This document shows positions 55,653 to 64,000 of a stretch of DNA of 64,000 bases, piece after piece. The position numbers and the translations under genes were made by a program. This DNA is from the human T2T-CHM13v2.0 reference genome, Homo sapiens: assembly GCF_009914755.1 (NCBI RefSeq), contig NC_060940.1, one strand, 5' to 3'. The notes beneath the pieces are model-generated. The model saw only the letters and a program-made list of their open reading frames with translations, ran no database searches and was not told where the DNA came from. Numbering within the stretch: the stretch's first letter is position 1; every line of letters begins with the position of its first letter.

Positions 55653-55739
55653 TTTTAAATAAATTTTGCTTCTTTCCAAGAGAAATTGCCACTTTAATGC
55701 TGTTTTCTGTTCATCTGTCATTGCAAGAAACTCATGTAC
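55653..55739 (-). CDS. MEIOB: MEIOB exon (87 nt, phase 0-0, skippable in frame)
   Basis: accag|GTACAT...AAA|gttagt; [29 protein letters not shown]. Confidence 0.88.
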
Positions 55740-55884
55740 CTGGTTAAAAAAAAAATATGAGACAAATATATTTGAAGTTTACAAAGAAAATTCATTTTTG
55801 ACAACAGTGTGAAACAAACTTTCTCATTAGAAATGAAATTTTATTTGCAGTAATTACAGCTCAATCGTTTGTTTTTGTTTGTAG

Positions 55885-55995
55885 AGACAGGGTCTCACTC
55901 TGTCGCCCAAGCTGGAGTGCAGCAGTGCTATCACAGCTCACTGCAGCCTCGAACTCCCGGGGTCAAGCAATCCTCCCTCAGCTTCCCGTTTCTGA
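55885..55995 (+). CDS. FAHD1: FAHD1 alternative Alu-derived exon (exon 55885-56003), 248-aa isoform
   Basis: Donor CTG|gtcagt at 45719 joins tttgtag|AGACAG in frame: [36 protein letters not shown]; donor CAG|gtatgc. Confidence 0.8.
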   Translation, partial: RQGLTLSPKLECSSAITAHCSLELPGSSNPPSASRF

Positions 55996-57123
55996 GGTTA
56001 CAGGTATGCACTACTCTTCTCTGGCTAATTGTTTTATGTTTTATGTTTTGTAGAGACAGGGTCTCACTATGTTGCCCAGGGTGATCTTGAACTCCTGGCC
56101 TCAAGTGATCCTCCTGCCTCAGCCTCCCAAAGTGGTAGGATTACAGGTGTGACCCACTATGCCCAGCCAACTCAACTGTTTTGATAGAGAAGATAAGGCA
56201 GGAAAGGCTATATAAGCAAAATCTCCAAAGGTAATCAGGTATCTCAGCAAGGAAAAATCCCCTCAATAAAGTGGAAGCAGAATTTGGAACTAAAGTCTAA
56301 TGGTAAATTTCATGAGCTGGTTTTAACAATAAAAAACAGGTGCCTATTGCCAAATGCACATGCTAATCCCTAAGTATCTGCTGCTGTTGTATAGCTGCAA
56401 ATCAAGGAGAAAACGTGTAGCTGACTTTATGTAACTGAGTAGGTGAAACACAGCCAAATCTTCCTAGAAAAACCACCTTATGACTGATCAACATCTCCGA
56501 CTTGTTGTTTTACCCATCGTTACTTGACTATATCAAACATCATGTTTCCTTAGTGTTTTGTTTTTTTTTTAATTATTTGGAGACAAGTCTTGCTCTATCA
56601 CTCAGGCTGGAGTGCAGTGGCGTGATCTTGGCTCACTGCAACTTCCACATCCTGGGCTCAAGTGATTCTCGTGCCCCAGCCTCCTGAGTAGCTAGGATTA
56701 CAAGTGCACGTCACCACACCCAGCTAATTTTTGTATTTTTAGTAGAAATGGGGTTTCGCCATATTGGCCAGGCTGGTCTCAAACTCCTGACCTCAAGTGA
56801 TCCGCCCTCCTTGGCCTCCCAAAGTGCTGAGATTACAGGCGTGAGCCACGGTGCCCAGCCCTAAAACATCATGTTTATTTATCCATTTAGGCTAATGGCC
56901 TCAGTCATTACTCATAATAGTAAATATTAGCTAGGATTTTGATATAAAATATGTAACATTTGTTCATCAAAGCAATGTGTGTTTAAAGCAAGATGATTTT
57001 TTCCCAGGCTGTTTATTAGTGAATCAATTTCTATCAAATGTTTGACAAAACAACCTATATTTTTTTGGGAAAAAGCATTCACTTTGGAAATATTCTAAAC
57101 ATTTCTTCCTTTTTGCTATTTAC

Positions 57124-57307
57124 CGTGCAGCCCAAAGTCTCCTCAGCAACACTTCCTGTGAGACTACAGGAATGAAGGGTGCCTGTGTGATCAGTCAGAT
57201 CAATCAGCACATGGAAACTGAGAAAGACAGATTTAAAGTCCAAGGAGTTTTTGTTGCAAGTTGTGCACATGTTAGATGCTTCATTTACAATATAACCACA
57301 GCTGGAA
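57124..57307 (-). CDS. MEIOB: MEIOB exon with C4 zinc ribbon
   Basis: ttcag|TTCCAG...ACG|gtaaat; [18 protein letters not shown] (CxxC...CxxC as in the RPA1 C-terminal OB fold) and LTDHTG. Confidence 0.92.
57131..57175 (+). CDS. FAHD1: FAHD1 alternative terminal exon coding part, 226-aa isoform
   Basis: Polypyrimidine tract + tgcag|CCCAAA; [14 protein letters not shown]; AATAAA at 58056-58061. Confidence 0.75.
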   Translation, partial: PKVSSATLPVRLQE

Positions 57308-58282
57308 CTGAAAAGAAACAAAGACAATGATAAAATGTGATGCCCTAAGCTACAAATTTCATCTGTAGCAGAAAAAGAATTGTCACTAAAAACTCTACGA
57401 CAGTGTGTGGAAAACTTACTGAGTGTTCAGTGCTATGCGGTCTACAAGACAGTCGTAAAAAACAGTAAAACACACTTTCTACGCAGCCATTCTCAGGAGT
57501 CATCTGAAACTGCGTACACCAGTCCTCTGCCTGCCCTCCTTCCCTCCCTCTGCCAAGCCCTCGAGGTCCATCCCAGTCTCATTTCCTTGCTGGGGCCCTC
57601 CCTTCTCGTATCCCAGCCTGCAGCCTTTCTCTCTTGGAACAGCAGCAGAGTGCACGCCTCAGGACTGACTGGTGCTGTTGCATCAGCTCCTTATTCTCAC
57701 CTCCCTGGCTGGGAGTTCTGAGGGCAGGAACTGTGTCTTGTGCCTGGAAAGCACGAGTTCAACAGCTGCTCACTGGATGGGCCTGCACGGGGCCTTCTCT
57801 ACAAATACAGAAAGCCTTGCAAGGCTGGCCGGGTAGCACCCAGATGCTATTAACACTGCTGGTGATACACTCTCCTCTCTTTCAGTGATTTATGCTATTC
57901 CATATTTCTGAAGCAAGCCTTACTTTAGCAATTTTAAACAGGGAAACTAATTCAAATTTCTCAAATAGGGGAAATGAACTGAAGATAGTGGTTTCTTATC
58001 TAGCCACAGATCACTTGGTCTAGCAAATTTTAGATGCTTTTCCTCAGATATCAATAATAAATGTACAGGAAAAAAATTAGTTTTTCAATTTTTGAAAACT
58101 ATTTTTCAAAAAATGAATACAAGGCCTTACACAGCATCCTCCACATTACTTTTTTCAACTTTAATACCACATCATAAAATGTTTTAAAAATTCAGAGGTC
58201 AATATCTTGACTGTGGCAATAGATACACAAACTTACAAGTGTGATAAAACTAATGAGAACACACACACACGACTGCATGTGA

Positions 58283-58654
<372 letters not shown>

Positions 58655-58867
58655 TGATCCACCTGCCTTGGCCTCCCAAAGTGCTGGGATTACAGGCGTG
58701 AGCCACCACGCCCAGCCCTCTTATTATTTCTTATACATCCATGTGAATCTAGGATTATCTCAATGAAAATTCAGTTATAAAAATCCATAGAGAGACTTTC
58801 CTAATAATATTACACATTTCTTGCCAAGCATCTTTTAGCTAAGAGTATTAAATCTACTGGAGTTTAC

Positions 58868-58899
<32 letters not shown>

Positions 58900-58902
58900 T
58901 GA

Positions 58903-59064
<162 letters not shown>

Positions 59065-59687
59065 TAGTAGAGATGGTGTTTCGCTATATTGGCCAGGCTG
59101 ATCTCAAACTCCTGACCTCAGGTGATCCACCTGCCTCGACCTCCCATAGTGCTGGGATTACAGGCGTGAGCCACCATGCCCGGCCTGCAGTTTACTTTCT
59201 ATGCAAGTAAATACTAACTTCGATCTACAAGAGGTTTGATGTTTCCTAGGCTGGACTCAAACTCTTCAAACTCCTGGGCTCAACCGATCCTCCCACCTCA
59301 GCCTCCTGAGTAGCTGAGACTACAGGCGCATGCTACTGCACCTGGCTTGAAAATAATTTTTTTTTAATGCTGTCACTACATTGCTATAGGGCCTAGCAAC
59401 CAAAATAGCTTTCTGCCAAATCATTAGACAAGTTTGTCAAAAGTTTCTCACATTATATCTTTATATGTTAGAATTATGGAAATACAGATTATATTTTAAA
59501 AGGCAATTATAATATTTTAATCTGGTTTGCTATGGAAACTTTTCAGTACAGTTTTTTACACATTTATCTCCAATACATAACCCCTGTTACATCAACAAAC
59601 AGCTTTAACTTTTAGAGAGCTTAAAATTTATTAACAATAATTATTTCTTACAAAAATGAATTTGCTAAAAGTGACACGGATCCTTAC

Positions 59688-59841
59688 CATCTATTTCGAA
59701 CTACTTTTGTAGTTTCATCATCAATGTTGAGTGTGGAAATGTAGGCATAAAGGATGCCATAGGAAGGATCAGCTTTTCCTTCATTCTTCAAAGCTTTTCC
59801 CTTTAATTGTTCAACTGTGTAGACATCAACTATTGTACTTA
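59688..59841 (-). CDS. MEIOB: MEIOB exon
   Basis: tttag|TAAGTA...AGATG|gtaagg; [50 protein letters not shown]; phases match neighbouring exons. Confidence 0.9.
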
Positions 59842-60200
59842 CTAAAAACAGAAAGAAGTATTACAGTTCTGTATATATTCTAAAAAATATAAAAGGTTAC
59901 ATCCGAATGGAAAGCTATGACAAATGAGAACATGCAGTAGCTTAAGTAACAGAAAAATTACTATGTTGGCTATATAAACACTGATTCTATAAATGGACAT
60001 AAAAGCAAAACATAAGGAAAAAAAGGAAATGAAATTAGTCTTCATTAAAATGAAGAATTTCTGTTCATCAAAAGACACCATTAAAAAGTGAAAAGGCAAG
60101 CCACAGAGTGGGAGATGCTAGCAGTCTACAATGAGATAAAGGACTCATCCAGAATTATCTAAAGAATTCTTAAATATCAATTAGAAAAAGACAGTGACTC

Positions 60201-61654
<1,454 letters not shown>

Positions 61655-61855
61655 TTAGTGAGGATGTGAAGCAACAACAAAAATAAACTTTACAAAACTA
61701 AAGACAATAACCTATTATTCATTTTTATTTTTCTTTATCTTAGAAGAATCTTCCAGGAACTAATATTACTTGGGTCAGAAAACTTTTATGAGAACTTATC
61801 CGGTTCCTTCAGCACTTCATTGGTTTCTTTTCTTTTGTTGATGTCTAGTGCATGA

Positions 61856-62197
<342 letters not shown>

Positions 62198-62756
62198 TAG
62201 TAGAGACGGGATTTCACCATGTTGGCCAGGCTGGTCTCAAACTCCTGACCTCAAGTGATCCCTCCACCTTGGTTTCCCAAAGTGCTGGGATTACAGGCGT
62301 GAGCTACCACACCTGGCCAAGCATTCTGTATTGTGTTTCTTTTATTTTTTTATTTTTTGAGATACAGTCTTGTTCTGACACCCAGGCTGGAGTGTAGCCT
62401 CGCTCTGTCACCCAGGCTGGATCTCAGCTCACTGCAACCTCCACCTCCCAGGTTCAAGGGATTCTCCTGCCTCAGCCTCCTGAGCAGCTGGGATTACAGG
62501 CACATCCCATGATACCTGGCTAATTTTTGTGTTTTTAGTAGAGACGGCGTTTTGCCATGTTGGCCAGGCTGGTCTCATGAACTCCTGGGCTCAAAAGAAA
62601 AAGAAAAAGATGCCCACTATTTTAAGCTACCTTTAGAAAGTAGAAATATAGTAGTTACAGAATAGGAATCTGGTATCTTTTACCATGTCAAACAAACCTT
62701 TACAGGCCCAATTTCGGCCTTTAAAAAAATCCAAATATATTTAAACGGTCACTTAC

Positions 62757-62858
62757 AATTTATGGATTCTTTGAAATAACTGTCAATTTCATCATCCAGA
62801 ACATTTGTTTCTTTATTTTCTCGTATAAAATTCAGCAGAATGTTAGCTTCTGGTATAT
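62757..62858 (-). CDS. MEIOB: MEIOB exon (gene continues beyond the window)
   Basis: ttaag|ATATAC...AATT|gtaagt; [33 protein letters not shown]. Confidence 0.88.
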
Positions 62859-63251
62859 CTTAAATTGAAAATGCATAATAAGTAAAAAGCAAACTGATTA
62901 TCATTTAAATCACATTTAAATCATCCAAAATCATTTTAATAGTAAAAAGTGAAGACATGTAAGAATACAATCAAATAGAATATTACGTGGCCATTAACAA
63001 TGTGATGTAGAATTCTGTAAACATAGAGAGATGTACACCACATTACATCTAAAACAGATGTTAGTGAAAAGAGCAGCTTACTAACCTATGTGGTTCAATA
63101 CCCTTTTAATTAAAAAATCTACATATATAAGGGACCGGGCGCAGTGGCTCACGCCTGTAATCCCAGCACTTTGGGAGGCTGAAGCAGGTGGATCACAAGG
63201 TCAGGAGATGGAGACCATCCTGGCTAACATGGTGACACCCCACCTCTACTA

Positions 63252-63443
<192 letters not shown>

Positions 63444-64000
63444 TTATCTGGAAGAATATATACGAAAAAATGATTCTCTCTAGACAGTGGGATTGTAGGT
63501 GATCTTTGTTTTCCTTGTTTATGTTTCTATATATTTTTTCTGAATTTTATACGTATTTCTTTACTTATCATAAAAAAAAGGTTTTCAAAAGGCAATTGAA
63601 ATATATAAAATAGGCTCTATAAAAAGCCTAGCTCCCCACATTGGCACATGAGTGTGCTCAAGGGTCAGGGGTGCTGTGCCAGAAGGCAGGAACGCGAGTT
63701 TGGAAAGAGCTCCCCCATGATGCCCTTGGACCCCAGGACCCCAGCCTCCGGCATATGATTAAGTACCCCAGGCCCCCCTGAATATTTTACAAATTGTCCT
63801 GACAATGTCTGTACTTCCTAACTCCCCTGGGAAGATCTGGGCATTTCTTCCTCCTTGCTCCCAGAATACAAGTCTCCTACCTGTTCTTTCTCAGAACTAG
63901 GTTGTCAAATCCTTGCCAGCACGCAGTGTCCCACGTGATGACTATCCTCACATCCATCTGACCAGCCACTCATCTCCTTCCTTGTTCCAGAAATGTATAT

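Overview
Human (primate) genomic DNA, recognisable as the chr16p13.3 cluster SPSB3(5' end, -)/NUBP2(+)/IGFALS(-)/HAGH(-)/FAHD1(+)/MEIOB(3' end, -). I reconstructed exon structures by hand from GT-AG sites and phase. NUBP2 has 7 coding exons (271 aa). IGFALS has 2 coding exons (605 aa, or 643 aa via an upstream acceptor). HAGH has 9 coding exons (308 aa mitochondrial form; 260 aa from the exon-2 ATG). FAHD1 is a single-exon ORF (224 aa) with two spliced alternative C-termini. The last 5 coding exons of MEIOB are present. There are two bidirectional CpG-island promoters. The rest is dense in Alus, old L1 fragments, MaLR elements (THE1, MLT1, MST), MER1, MIR and short tandem repeats. I see no foreign or wholly new biological system. 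The most interesting local observations are: a 44-bp tailless L1 ORF2 fragment with an 18-bp target-site duplication (TSD) beside the MEIOB polyA site; both-strand coding overlap of FAHD1 and MEIOB; a candidate ATG-bearing 28-nt IGFALS micro-exon; a THE1 provirus with mismatched LTRs; and a same-site inverted Alu pile-up. Repeat subfamily names come from recalled consensus sequences and need RepeatMasker/Dfam confirmation.
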